The notes: generated from the letters alone by a model not told the origin. 64,000 nucleotides of DNA from Amoebidium appalachense (GCA_963693365.1 CAVNZM010000009.1:6974171-7038170), one strand, 5' to 3'; positions 1 through 12,499 are shown, numbered from the stretch's first letter. Numbers and translations: made by a program.

Positions 1-116
1 ATCCTATCCCCCCCTCCCCCCCCCCCCCCCCCCCCCTCCCCCCTCTCTCTCTCTCTTTCTCCCCCAGGGGCTTTACGCCTCCACACACACCAACACGCGC
101 TCCTCTCCCTGTTACT

Positions 117-149
<33 letters not shown>

Positions 150-693
150 CGCACACACGCACACTTGTAGACAGACACACATGCGCACACAGACACGACG
201 GAATGGACAATTTCGTTTGGTCAGCCACCGTTCGGGAGCACATACACACACCACAGCTCCTGGGCCATACGTATAGCCATGTTTGCCATTGCAAAAATAA
301 TGCATATACACATGCACGAGAACACGTGCGACATACACACACACGGAGACACACGCACACACATTTACAAATATGCAATCGCACACGCCACAAGGATGCA
401 CACACACACACACACGTGCACACTCAAACACCCTCCCCTCAAAACTACCCAACTACATTCTTCCTTCCCGCTTCCCCCTCCCCCCCCCCCCCCCCCCCTC
501 CCTCCCCTTCTTAACACCGCCACCTGTTCGCCCACCCACCACCCCTATTGAATTCACCCCTCCCTTTCCTTTTCCCCTCTGTAGGTTGAGAGGCTTTTTC
601 TTGTGCTCTTGTGTCAATGGGACCTCCTCGCATATCCTAAAGCAAAGCTATTGTCAATGTGTTAGCCTATTCCCTAATTTGACCCCCACACAG

Positions 694-1011
694 AGCATTC
701 TTGACGATGAGGGGGATGAACTGAAGTCTTCGATCGTTTTGGAAAGAGACCCATCTGCCGGCCTGCTCCTTGACAAGGAGTCGGAAACGGTAAAGACCCC
801 TCCCCCCTATATTCCCGAAAAACCCCCCTCCCTCCCACCCACCCCCCCCCCAAACAGTTCAAGATTTGAAATGCTAAGGAGAACCTCAACTTGTGTTGCA
901 GTGTTGTTCTGTTTTGCATGTCGACATTGCGCCATAGCTGTACTTCCCGCTGTGCTGCGTTTCTAAACCCACGTTATGCACTCGTACATTTCTCTCCCTC
1001 CCTCCCTCCCT

Positions 1012-1092
<81 letters not shown>

Positions 1093-1113
1093 CCCCCTTC
1101 CTCTCCCCCCCCT

Positions 1114-1144
<31 letters not shown>

Positions 1145-1259
1145 CTCCACCCCCGTCTCACCCCCGGGAGCCTGACCTGAACCAACACATGCACGCACGC
1201 ACCCACCTACACAAGTACACACACGCACGTACGTACACGTACATATACACACGTACACA

Positions 1260-1319
<60 letters not shown>

Positions 1320-1644
1320 CCCACACACAGAAACGGCCCAAGGGCCAGCGTGAGGATGTCAAGGTTATTGGTGCCGGGGACATGGCACTGCCCACAGCCG
1401 CCACCACCGACAGACCCAAAAAGAAACAGCAAGACCACACGGCAGAGGTGACAAACCCCCATTTCGCCCCCCCCTCCTCCCTTTCAACCTGTCTCCTCTT
1501 CCTCTTCCTCAACCTTTCCTCCTTCCCGCTTCCCTTTCTCCATCCCTGCCTCTCTTACTTTCTCTCTCCTCTGTCTGTCTGTCTCTCTCTTCTCTCTCTC
1601 TCTCTCTATCTCTCTCTATATATCTCTGTCTCCCCCCCCCCCCC

Positions 1645-1675
<31 letters not shown>

Positions 1676-2080
1676 CACTACCAGCAGGAGCACCCACCTT
1701 TCTCTCTCTCCCTCTCTCTCTCTCCCTCTCTCCCTCCCCCCCCCCCCCCCCCCCCCCCCCAGTCTCTCCCACGCGTTGCTATCTTATGCTTTACGGTCTT
1801 CTGTCGTTTCCATATCCTTATGTTCAGTAATTAATCCGACCCCCCTTTTTATCCAGGGCCTTCTACATTCCTTGCTTCTCTCCCGTTTTATCTTCTGCAT
1901 TCCTGACATTCCTTTTGCATTCCACCGCAGATGACGATCGAGGAGCGATTGGCGCAGATGGCTGCAGCCAATGGGGTTGTCGAATCAACGGTGGATGGTG
2001 AGGGGGAGGTCCCAAAGGCGGACTCTCTGGCAAGACTGCTTATTCAGGTGAAATTTTCAAACCCCCTCCCCCCCCCCCTC

Positions 2081-2118
<38 letters not shown>

Positions 2119-2422
2119 CACACACACACACACTGTACACACAGCCAAAACACACACACATTCGCAGACATGTGTGTGCACACATACACACACACACACA
2201 TGTGCGTGTTCATATGGAGCAGCATCTGAATAGGGTTTTGTGTGGGGTTAGTGGGTGGAAAAAAATGGGTACTGTGTGTGACACTCGTACTTTCCCTGAG
2301 GATGGGCTCTATTGAATTTGCACACTTTGGTTCCTTTTTCGTGTACCTGCCTTATCTTTTCCCTTGTCAGTTTGCACTCTGTTGTGTGTATCTCTCTGCT
2401 CCCAACCTTCCCCACACACAAC

Positions 2423-2467
<45 letters not shown>

Positions 2468-3124
2468 AGTCCTATCGCATACACGGACCCCTTGGCCCGT
2501 TCCGATCTTCGCCGTGCTTTCTTGGACACATGCAGAGATTCCCATACTGACACGTGCATATGCTTGCGTCCTACACCCACACGTATTCTTTACAACACCT
2601 ACACCCACACGTATTCTTTACAACACATACACCCACACGTATTCTTTACAACACCTACACCCACACGTATTCTTTACAACACCTACACCCACACGTATTC
2701 TCTAACCTCAACGTACACATACACATGCACACGCATACACGTACCTGCACCTGCACACGTACGCCCACACCATACACCACACCAACATCACCACCCACAC
2801 CATACACCACACCAACATCACCACCCACACCATACACCACACCAACATCACCACCCACACCATACACCACACCAACATCACCACCCACACCATACACCAC
2901 ACCAACATCACCACCCACACCATACACCCACCCCCACAACATGTATGCAACACCCACACCGTACACGTACAGGCGCTGCACAGTGGAGACAACCAGCTGC
3001 TGGAGGAGTGCCTCAGCAACAGCACGGAGGCAGTCATCAAGAACACAGTCAAGAGGCTGCCGGCCCCCCACGTCATTCCCTTCCTGCAGCGCCTGATTGA
3101 GAAGTTCCAGGCACGCCCAAACAG

Positions 3125-3190
<66 letters not shown>

Positions 3191-3214
3191 GTTGTTTTGT
3201 TTTTTTGTTTTCCT

Positions 3215-3245
<31 letters not shown>

Positions 3246-5483
3246 GGGGGAGTGTCCCCCCTTTCTGCGACGTTTGATTGAAAAGTTTCAGCCACTCGCT
3301 AACAGAGGTGGGTGTGCGGGGATATGGGGGAGGGGGGGGGGGGGGGGGGGAGGGGCAGGGATTGAGTGGGGGTGTGAGTAGGTAGGTGGGCGGGTGGGTG
3401 TGGTTGCGGGAGCTGGGGTGTGAGTGGGGGGAGGGAGAGAGAGGGGGGGGGGGGGGGGGGGGGGGGGGCCTTATTCTCTATTTTAATGTTGGAGGTGGCC
3501 CGACATAATGCTACTACCCCAGTCCAGGACACGTGTTACAAAAATAGCTGATTGGTTTATTTATAGCCTGCTTACTGACCGTGTTTGTGTCAGGCCTGCA
3601 ACTTGTGCCGTGGATGAAGGCAACGATTCTGTCCCACACAAACTACCTTGTTACGGTGATTATCCTCACACATTCCCCCCTCCCCCCCCCCCCCCCCCAA
3701 CCCCCACCCCCATGCACACATGCACACATGCACACATGCACACACATGCACACACACACACACATGCACACACCGCTCCGATGTATTCCCCTTTCATGCC
3801 TCTGCGTCCTCACTTGACTCACACACACACACACAGATACACACGACTCTCCCTCCCTCTGTCTGTCTCATTCTCAACACATTCTTATGAAGATTTTCTT
3901 TTTTTGCCCCACAAGCTTTCGCACCCACCCACTGCCACAACTTCTCAGTGTGATGGAGGAAGACGGAGGGAGCGGATGTTTGAACATGGGATGGGTAGAG
4001 GGGGGAAGGGGGAGGGGGGGGGGGGGTGAGGAGAAGACCATTGGAGTGTGCATTTAGCTTGCTTTTGAAAGCGCCTTTGCGTTTTTAGTTGTGTGGTGGT
4101 GGTGGTGGGGATGGACTGGTTGAACCAACCACGGCTTCTTCCATTTTAGCGTCTGGGCGCTGACCACCCGAGAGCCACATCTCTCAAATGCGTCTCACCA
4201 ATCATGTGATCAATCAAATTGTGTACATGTCGACATTCGACAGAGCCAGCTTCGGCTACACGGCGTCATGGAATTTGTGCACAGAATGACGTCACCAATG
4301 TGGCTCCCCGCCCAGCCGCTAAAATGGAAGTAGCGGTGGTTGCTTTAACAGTGCCTTAAAGGGAAAAGGGAGGGGGGGGGGGGGCCTTACCTCACAGCGC
4401 CCATAATGTGCAAGTTGTAACAGAGATACCCTGGCATTTTACATAAGACATGAACTTCTGAATTCCACGGCCTTAGATATGCTAAGCTTTGAATATATCT
4501 GCAGGTACCGGACCTACCGCAGACGGTTGGTGGGCTGTATCAGATGGTCGACTCACGGCTGGCCGTCTTCAACAAGCTGCTGGCTCTCAACGGCAGGCTG
4601 GATCTCCTGCTCTCTCAGGTGGGTTGAAATTTCACGGTTATCTCGTGGGTTTTTACCTGACCGCATATCCATCCATATGTATGAGTGCTGGGATGTTGTT
4701 TGGACGGGCATATGGTGTCCTTGAAAATTTAACTGCTTTGTAGATCACGCTTTTTTTGCCTTTTTAATTTCGGACTCGCATCTCCCGCCACCTTCACAAC
4801 AACATAAGAACAGCAGCGCTCGCACACAAACACATACACTCACTCACTCACTCTACTCTTATTTCCTATGTTCCCTTTCCAATCCCCCGTGAATGACTTG
4901 GGGCCCCCCTGAGGATGGGCTCTGCTTAATTTGCATACTCTTTATGTGTGGTTTGCACTCTGCATTTTGTTATCCGTTGTTAATGTGTACTTCAAACTTT
5001 ATGACGCATTCAAACCCCCCCCCCCCCCCCCCTCCCCCCCTCCCCTCCCTAACTGTATGTTGTCTTATGCACAGGTGACTGTGAGGGGACAGGCAGAGGG
5101 GGTGGATGAGGTTGCGGCATCCCCAGAGGCAGTCTATGAGGAGGAGGGTAGGTCATTTGTTTGTTTGCTCTTTTTTTTTTTTTTTTTTTTTTTTTTCCCT
5201 TCCCTTTTGATGTTTGTTTGCTTGTTTGTCTGGTTTTTTTTGTTTTTGTTTTTTTTTCTTTTTTGTTTTTTTTTGGTTTGTTTGTTTGTTTGTTTGTTCG
5301 TTTCTTTGCTTGTTTGTGCTTTCTTTTTTCTCTGAAATGATTATGATTACAATCCCAGCTCCCATTCCCCCCTCCCCCCTCCTTCCCTATCCCCCTCTCT
5401 CCCTTTCTCTCTCTCTTACCTCTCTCTCTCTCTCTCTCTCTCTCCCTCTATCTCTCCCTCTCTCGCTCTCCCTCCCCCCCCCC

Positions 5484-5516
<33 letters not shown>

Positions 5517-5663
5517 AGCTGCCCACTGTCTTTCTCGCTCGGCTCCCCTTTTTACATTTCCACCACCACTCCAAGCTCCCGGCACTTTTTCCATTAACAC
5601 TTGCCCCCCCCCCCCCCCCCCCCTTCCTCCTCCTCCTCCTCCTCCTCCCCCTTTTCCCTTTCC

Positions 5664-5694
<31 letters not shown>

Positions 5695-5999
5695 ATAATA
5701 ATAATAATATTAATAATAATAATAATAATAATAAAAAATAAATAAAAAATAAATAAACAAACCGCCACCACCCCCACCACACCCCCACTCCACTTATCTA
5801 CCCACCACCACCACTATGTTGCCATCCACCATAGAATTAAGCAGTACACGTGTTTCCTGTGTTCTGACGTTTGTTTTGTTTTTTGGCACAGACACGGAGT
5901 CATCTGGAGACGAAGACGATGAAGATGAGATGGTGAACGGCGACAGCGGAGAGGTGCGTGTGTTTATGTTTTTTTGTTTGTTTTTTGTTTTTTGTTTTT

Positions 6000-6031
<32 letters not shown>

Positions 6032-6118
6032 CTTATTTTTTCAGGTTATTGTTGTTGTGTGTGTGTGTGGGGGGGGGGGGAGGGGGGGGGGGGGGGGATG
6101 TGTGGTTTTGGGGACGGA

Positions 6119-6159
<41 letters not shown>

Positions 6160-7316
6160 CATGTAGGTGTGATCTGATTGCAGGTCCTCTGCCTAGGGTT
6201 ATGTGGCTGATAGAATTATGGGCGGATAGTGGGGAGACTCATCGGGCATCCCCCCCCCCCCCCCCCCCCCATACCGGTGTCTTGCACATACCGGTGTCTA
6301 CTTTTCTTCTTACTGTTTTTCTCTCCACACACTTCATCTGTCCACTTCTGCATACCCCCTTTCATAGCTATAGACACACTTCACACATTGCGTTACGCGC
6401 ACGCATGCACACACCGCTCTGTTGGCGACAGCTCCCTTGGAACCCATGCGGCATGTTACCCGCCGGCGTAACATAACTCGGACTATCGGTTTGGCTTTTT
6501 TCAAGCCCAAAGCAATGGGTGATACCATATTTCCGGCTGACATCCGGGGGCATAGCTTTCCGTTCCGAAGACGATAAAGTTCCGCCCTAGTAAGCGTGTT
6601 ACTACCCTGCGGCGTGGGTCAAATCTCATATTTTCCCCTCTGATTACGAATTCTGTGGCCTGCGGGACTTAATTCTTTTCAGCTGGTGTAGTATGTTAGC
6701 CAGGGAAGTATCGACTTAGGTATCGACGGGGGAGCTTCCTAGAAGCCCCGTCTCCTGAGTTCCTATCTATATTTTTCTTGCTTCTGCTTACTGCTGCAAC
6801 TTTAACCCCCGGCCTTTCCCACTGCCCTTGCCTGCATAAGCAACCCTGCTCGTCTCTGATCAAGACGGGTGACCTACTCATGTTCAAGTGAAACAGTATC
6901 TGAGTTGGGTTTCGTTAACGAGGGGAATAGGTCGAAACTCGGGTACTGTGGATGACGTGGGCCCCCCCTGAGGATGGGCTCTGCTTATTATGCATACTCT
7001 TTATGTATGGCTTGCATTCTGCATCGTGTTATCCGTTTGTTCTTGTGTACTTCGTACTTTTTGACGCATTCAAACCCCCCCCCCCCCCCCCGGGGGGGGG
7101 GGGGGTAATGGATGCAAAAGTGGTGCAATCAAAGGGAATGGTTTGTGCATGTGCCCGGGCCTGTAGGTGGGTGTGTGTGGTGTTGGAGAAGGTGTTGAGA
7201 CCTCGGGGAGGGGGGGGGGGGGGATCGAATGCTTACCCATATTTTTATTGCAGGAATCGGAGGGAGATGCCATGGATCTGGATGGAGAGGAGGAGGAGGA
7301 GAGTGACGAGGAGTAG
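694..7316 (+). CDS. WDR43: WDR43/Utp5 (t-UTP/SSU processome subunit), 3' part only; exons approx. 694-789, 1331-1447, 1931-2047, 2973-3127, 3594-3655, 4505-4618, 5075-5147, 5892-5953, 7254-7316
   Basis: GT-AG exons join to ...MTIEERL...PKADSLARLLIQ|ALHSGDNQLLEECL...VIKNTVKRLPAPHVIPFLQRLIEKFQARPNRG|LQLVPWMKATILSHTNYLVT|VPDLPQTVGGLYQMVDSRLAVFNKLLALNGRLDLLLSQ, the C-terminal Utp12-type domain, then an acidic tail ending in TAG at 7314-7316. One junction (3127/3594) is 1 nt out of phase. The 5' WD40 exons are outside the window. Confidence 0.88.
2571..2932. repeat. Two adjacent intronic minisatellites (~28-bp unit x ~4.5, then 30-bp unit x ~5.5)
   Basis: Units ctacacccacacgtattctttacaacac and cccacaccatacaccacaccaacatcacca are visibly repeated in tandem. 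Confidence 0.9.
4126..4342. mobile_element. MITE-like element with ~34-bp imperfect terminal inverted repeats
   Basis: caaccacggcttcttccattttagcgtctgggcg (4126) matches the reverse complement of cgcccagccgctaaaatggaagtagcggtggttg (ends 4342) with 3 mismatches. There is an additional inner match gagccacat/atgtggctc. No coding capacity and no clear TSD. Confidence 0.65.
4893..5014 (+). mobile_element. 5'-truncated copy of the intronic structured repeat family
   Basis: atgacttggggcccccctgaggatgggctctgc...gacgcattcaaa followed by poly-C; matches the 3' end of the 6282-7074 copy. Confidence 0.85.
6282..7074 (+). mobile_element. Longest copy (~790 bp) of the intronic structured non-coding repeat family (subfamily 1; SINE-like)
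   Basis: Near-identical reverse-complement copy at 49013-49798. Many internal hairpins (atgttac/gtaacat, tagtaa/ttacta, gcttc/gaagc). Ends cgcattcaaa then poly-C. No credible ORF. Confidence 0.85.
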
Positions 7317-7709
7317 TGCCTAAAAACATGAAGTGCACCGGCTGAAATTTCACACAATCACAAGAGTCGGCCCCAAAATTCTCAAGTTTGTCGGACCGGA
7401 TTGTCAGGACCCCTGCGCTTGCCAAACTGTAACACGGTTTTTTCATATATATATATATATATTATTTTATTTTTATTTTTATTTTTATTTTTATTTTTTC
7501 CCCCGTCATTTACACGTTTTTTTCGATTTCGTTTTTATAGACTTTTTTTTTCGTTTTCAATTAAAAACTCTGCTATAGATGGAAGTAGGCGATTATGTGA
7601 TTGGATTTGGTTACAAGAGCCACTATTTTGTACAGTTTCTTGGCAACTTGGTTCGGCGTTTAATCAACTAAGATGCAATGAGATTTCTTTGGCCTTTTTC
7701 CTCTTTCTT

Positions 7710-7742
<33 letters not shown>

Positions 7743-7755
7743 GTTGGGGGGGAGA

Positions 7756-7789
<34 letters not shown>

Positions 7790-8139
7790 TGGGATTTGCA
7801 TGACATCGTGATTGCACGCACATTCACTCACTCACACACATGGCGCCGGGCAGGCATGCTAACACGGCGTCTTGCACCACGCTTCATATATTTTGTGAGT
7901 AGTTTTCGTTTCCCTGAGAGGAGGAGAGGGGGAGGGGAGGGGGGGGGGGGGGGGGGGGGGGATAATGGGGATTTGGAAACATCTGCAATCAGCAGTCCGG
8001 TTGGCCAGGTGCCTAACCCAAATGAAAACAACCATAAGTGAACTATGTGGCTACGAGCCAGTTTCCCGCCAGCAGAAAAAGAAGGGGGGGGGGGGAGGGA
8101 GAGACAGTGCCAGGCACATAGAGAACCGTGTGTGTGTGT

Positions 8140-8170
<31 letters not shown>

Positions 8171-8172
<2 letters not shown>

Positions 8173-8327
8173 AGCGATTATGCTTGTTGTTTTTGTATGG
8201 CGCTTAGATCTTGTGTGGGATCGTCGAGTTTTGCAAACTTTGCTGGTCTCTTGTTATGTATTTTTTCTTTTTGCTACAGTGCACAGTATGTATGTGGGGA
8301 GTGTGATTCTTTTTTTTTTTTTTTTTT

Positions 8328-8369
<42 letters not shown>

Positions 8370-8519
8370 AGCGATTATGCTTGTTGTTTTTGTATGGCGC
8401 TTAGATCTTGTGTGGGATCGTCGAGTTTTGCAAACTTTGCTGGTCTCTTGTTATGTATTTTTTTCTTTTTGCTACAGTGCACAGTATGTATGTGGGGAGT
8501 GTGATTCTTTTTTTTTTTT

Positions 8520-8577
<58 letters not shown>
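8171..8577. repeat. Direct tandem duplication (~200-bp unit) bounded by poly-T/poly-G tracts
   Basis: acagcgattatgcttg...gtgtgattc(T)n(G)n occurs near-identically at 8171 and 8368. Confidence 0.9.
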
Positions 8578-8579
<2 letters not shown>

Positions 8580-8965
8580 TGGTTTTGTACTGTCTGTGTG
8601 CACTCAACCGTTGACGGTTTCGAAAATAGGCGCGTAGGGAACCGAAGGAAAAGGGGCGGAGGCTGAAAAGGCGCATAGGGAAGCGAAGTTTTTCACGGCA
8701 AAAAAGACTTTGGCGCCAACAGCAGGGAACACAGCAGGCACTCGCAAAGACAACAGGAACGCAAAAAGGCGAGAATACGCGTTCTATGATAGGCACGTGA
8801 TCATCAAGGGAAAAGAAGAGGTGGGCAAAAGAGGAATTCAAGGGTTTCATTGGAAGGTGTGTCACAGCCAATGAACAAGAAAAAAGCATACATGTGGGAC
8901 CCCCCAAACCCCCGTCTCTCTAGATTATACTGGATAGAGATCTATGGATAGGAGAGGTATGGTCA

Positions 8966-9007
<42 letters not shown>

Positions 9008-9261
9008 TGGCATAAGAGAGCAGTGCAGGTTGGCCAAAGTCAACAGTAGTACTATGCTAATGAGGTAACTTGATACACATCATAGCATGCTATATGTTTA
9101 TTTGTGTTTTGTGATCTTGTCTTTGTTGAATTTCCCAAGCTGCATCCGTCATGACCTTATTATATTATTTGTCTCAAGTGTCCGATCGGCCTGTGCACGT
9201 GAGAGCTTGAGTCTGTGTACACCAGCATGGGTACGCGTGCGGGTTTGCAGATTCAGGGCCA

Positions 9262-9328
<67 letters not shown>

Positions 9329-9369
9329 ACCTTCCCCACCCAACACCCCCTCCCCCTCCCACTGGCCTT

Positions 9370-9413
<44 letters not shown>

Positions 9414-9418
9414 GCACG

Positions 9419-9479
<61 letters not shown>

Positions 9480-9483
9480 CAAC

Positions 9484-9730
9484 AAAATCGTCCCCCCCGT
9501 CCCCCCCTCCTCCCCCTCAACACACACACACACACCCCTTCCCCCCCCCCTTCCCCCCTCCCCCCTGCCCGCCCCCATGGCCTCCAACACACACGTCACG
9601 CAAAAAATCCCCCGTCCCCCCCTCCTCCCCCTCAACACACACACACACACCCCTTCCCCCCCCCCCCTTCCCCCCCTCCCCCCTGCCCGCCCCCATGGCC
9701 ACCAACACACACGTCACGAAAAAAATCCCC
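9484..9730. repeat. Tandem duplication (~120-bp unit, 2 copies)
   Basis: aaaatc..ccccgtcccccc...ccccatggc..ccaacacacacgtcacg repeated twice. Confidence 0.8.
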
Positions 9731-10230
9731 CCTCCCCCTCCCCTTCGTTTTCTGCGAAGTTCCTCTCACTCCTATCAAAACATCGGCCGGACATTTCTGG
9801 TCATAGAAGATTCTCCTATGCCTGCTGCAGATCTGGTAATATGAGTTAAAATCTCATTCAGTGTTACGGTCACAAACCCATAGATTTACGTTTTCCCCTG
9901 CTCACATTCACTTCCCCTCCCCCTTGTTCCAAAAGCGCCTTTCGGCTGACATATGAAGTGAGGCCATTCAAACCCACTTAGTTTTTACGTATCGGGTCTA
10001 ACTTAAATCTCCTCCCCTGGATCCCCCTCCCCCCTCCCCCCTCCCCCCTCCCCCCCCCCCCCCCCCCCCCCCCCCCCACCACCACCACCACCACCACCAC
10101 CTTAGTACCCTCCCTCCCCTTCCCCCCAAAAGCTACCTCCCCCCCTCTTTCTGCCTCCCCCACAAAACGTGAACAAAAGTGCGCACACACACCAAAACAC
10201 AAAAAGAGAGGAAAAGAGCCCGAGAGAGCC

Positions 10231-10282
<52 letters not shown>

Positions 10283-10772
10283 AGAAGGGGGGAAGGGGCG
10301 GGGAGGGAGGGGGGGGGGGAGCGAGCGAGAGAGAGCTTGGTGACTGAGTTGGAAAGAGGAGAGACACAAAGACGGAGGGATAGGAGAGCCTCTGAGAAAA
10401 TGAACTATGGCTGTACTAGGCCGGGGGCTTCCACGGTCCATATGTTCAGTTGTGGCGAACTGGGACGGACTTGGTTCCTTCATTATCAGATGTAGGATTG
10501 ACTTTTTTTGAAGTTCAATACTATGTATAACATAAATTAAGTCGTACAGGTATGCGTACTTATAAGGCGAAGTCAAGGAAGTCAATTAGGAAATAAAAGA
10601 CAGGTAAATTTCTAAGGCGTTTCTCGTCAACAAATGCGTACTAATGTAGAAGTCTGAATAAAAAGCGGTATATCATGGACTCACGTCATTTTGTTGTGTT
10701 GCAGCGATGCATATATGAACTGTACTTGCTACCGTCTATCATCCCCCCCCCCCCCCCCCCCCCCCCCCCCTT

Positions 10773-10804
<32 letters not shown>

Positions 10805-11356
10805 TCCCCCCAATTTCCGTTTGGCACCTGGAGGTACTACCAAGAAAGTTTATTATGTCTAGGAACTATCCTCCACCAGTCTACATATTTGTAGCTGAAT
10901 TGGTACCGTACCATCCAACACCGCCTATTATTCATCCAAGCAAACTACTAGAATGGCGGTACATATAAAGTCCCCGTGACCCGGGCTCTAACACCCGTTG
11001 AAAATTCCGGTATTACTCTTCGAATCATATCATAGCCACAAAATGAATCCCTGTGCCATTTCGCCAAATAAACTGAACTTTATCATGATAGAGGTTTAAA
11101 AATAAAAATACCTTGCAATTGTGATTCGAGAACGCACAAAATCTCCTCCCCCCACATGTGCGCGCACACACACACATACTCCTCACACTCACACTAATGC
11201 GTACGCACACACACACGCACACACACACACGCACACACAGGCAGGCGCTCTTCGCAGGGGAATCTTGAAAAACCCATAAAAAAGGGGAGGGCCGGTAATC
11301 AAAAATCCAATCAACCACAACCAGTAGTTATATCTCACACATTGCACACATCAAAA

Positions 11357-12374
11357 CTACTTGGACGTATCAGCAAGCAGCCTCTCCCTCTGCCTAATCG
11401 CCTTAACAATCAACCCGTTCACATCGTCGTACGTGGCTGGGTCGAAGTTGGTGGGAGGGAACGGCAGCAGCAACCCCTTCGATTTTGACTTGGAGTTTGC
11501 GGCCTTCAAAGCGCGCGTTACCCACAAGGCAAGGGCTGACCTGTCAGAATGACGCGCTGCCTCAAGGTCGGTACAGAAGAACTGCTTTGCGTCCGCTACC
11601 TTGCGTACTTTCCCGTCTTTACCCTCTCGGTGAACCAAAGCTTCGTACAACATCACACTCTTCACTTTTTCGCTCCCATCATCTTCCGTTACCTTCACCT
11701 TGGTCCGCCACCCCAAAGGTTTTACGTTCATGTACTTGCTTCCCGCAGAAATCACGTCTCCCGTCGAAGCCAGACTGTCCACTAGCACGTTGTTCTCCTC
11801 TTGTGTGAAGTCGAAGTAGTCGTTAGTGCGTGGAATGTTCAGCTTCGGGATGAGCTCCTTTTTGGAAAGGTCAGAGAATGCTTTGCGGATATGATCATCG
11901 ACTGAAATTGCCGCGCGGAACGGTGTCGAAAAACTCCCAATCTCCTTCTTCGCCTCTCCCTTTACCTTCAAGAACGCCGTGTATGGGTAGAGAGGGTCTT
12001 CTCCTTCCTCGACACCCTGAAAACTGGACAGGACCTTGCCAGCTTTTGAAGAGGGGGACGTTTTGTTCTGTTTCGCCGCTGCAGATGCTTCTGAGCGGGA
12101 GCCCGTCGGTGTTGTTTTCCCGGTTTTTGGTTTTGTCCTTCCGGATCCTTTGCTTGTGGTGGTGTATGGAAGCGCTAGTGACCGTCTCTACCTTACGGTA
12201 AACGTCGTCCCTTGCCGCAGAGGTCAATTTAACGTTACTGCTTTTGCTCGAAGCGAAACGCAAACCCAAGGGGACTGCGTAGCGAGCAGGGAGAACACCT
12301 AGTGCAGGAACACACGTGCGTGCTAGCGCCAGGTTTCTCATTAAATGAGAAAGAACATTGCTAGCTGCTGACAT
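11357..12374 (-). CDS. Protein with two AP2/ERF-like DNA-binding domains and a mitochondrial-presequence-like N-terminus (two frames joined by a short intron or a 1-nt frameshift near 12070-12200)
   Basis: The frame of ORF 11357-11971 stays open upstream and reads SSFQGV...YTAFLKVKGEAKKEIGSFSTPFRAAISVD...KLNIP, then SKYMNV...YEALVH...FCTDLEAARHSDRSAL...PTNFD. Both match the AP2 pattern S.Y.GV...A.I...LG.F.T...AA..YD...NF. The ORF from 12374 has no acidic residue in its first ~55 aa and contains LRFAS. Confidence 0.6.
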
Positions 12375-12499
12375 TCTCTTATCTTACTCCACCTATACCG
12401 CTTTATGTTGGTGTGTTTTTAGCTGTGTCAGACAGAAGAAGAATAAGGAGAAAGAAACTAAAAGCGGTTTCGTGTGACTGACCTTGATGCATCTGTTTA

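Noticed and set aside
2571-2932. CRISPR-like array
   Set aside because: Contiguous tandem units with no unique spacers, in a eukaryotic intron, and no cas genes.
6334-6887. Small ORFs conserved between the two long repeat copies (e.g. MSAGNMVSPIALG..., [12 protein letters not shown]...)
   Set aside because: The conservation reflects recent nucleotide identity; the ORFs are antisense to the structured strand, their starts differ between copies, and they have no domain features.
6934-6975. Hammerhead ribozyme suggested by GAAA and CTGAGGA in the repeat core
   Set aside because: Helices II and III cannot be formed in any permutation (types I-III); the GAAAC segment is already part of a covarying long helix.
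7064-7080. TnpB/Fanzor omega-RNA right end suggested by the terminal TTCAA
   Set aside because: No RuvC/Fanzor ORF in the window, and variable 5' truncation fits retrotransposition better; a 5-nt match is not evidence.
8590-8910. Possible coding or LINE C-terminal remnant (purine-rich stretch, ORF 8401-8907)
   Set aside because: No recognisable motif, splice context or second copy; insufficient support.
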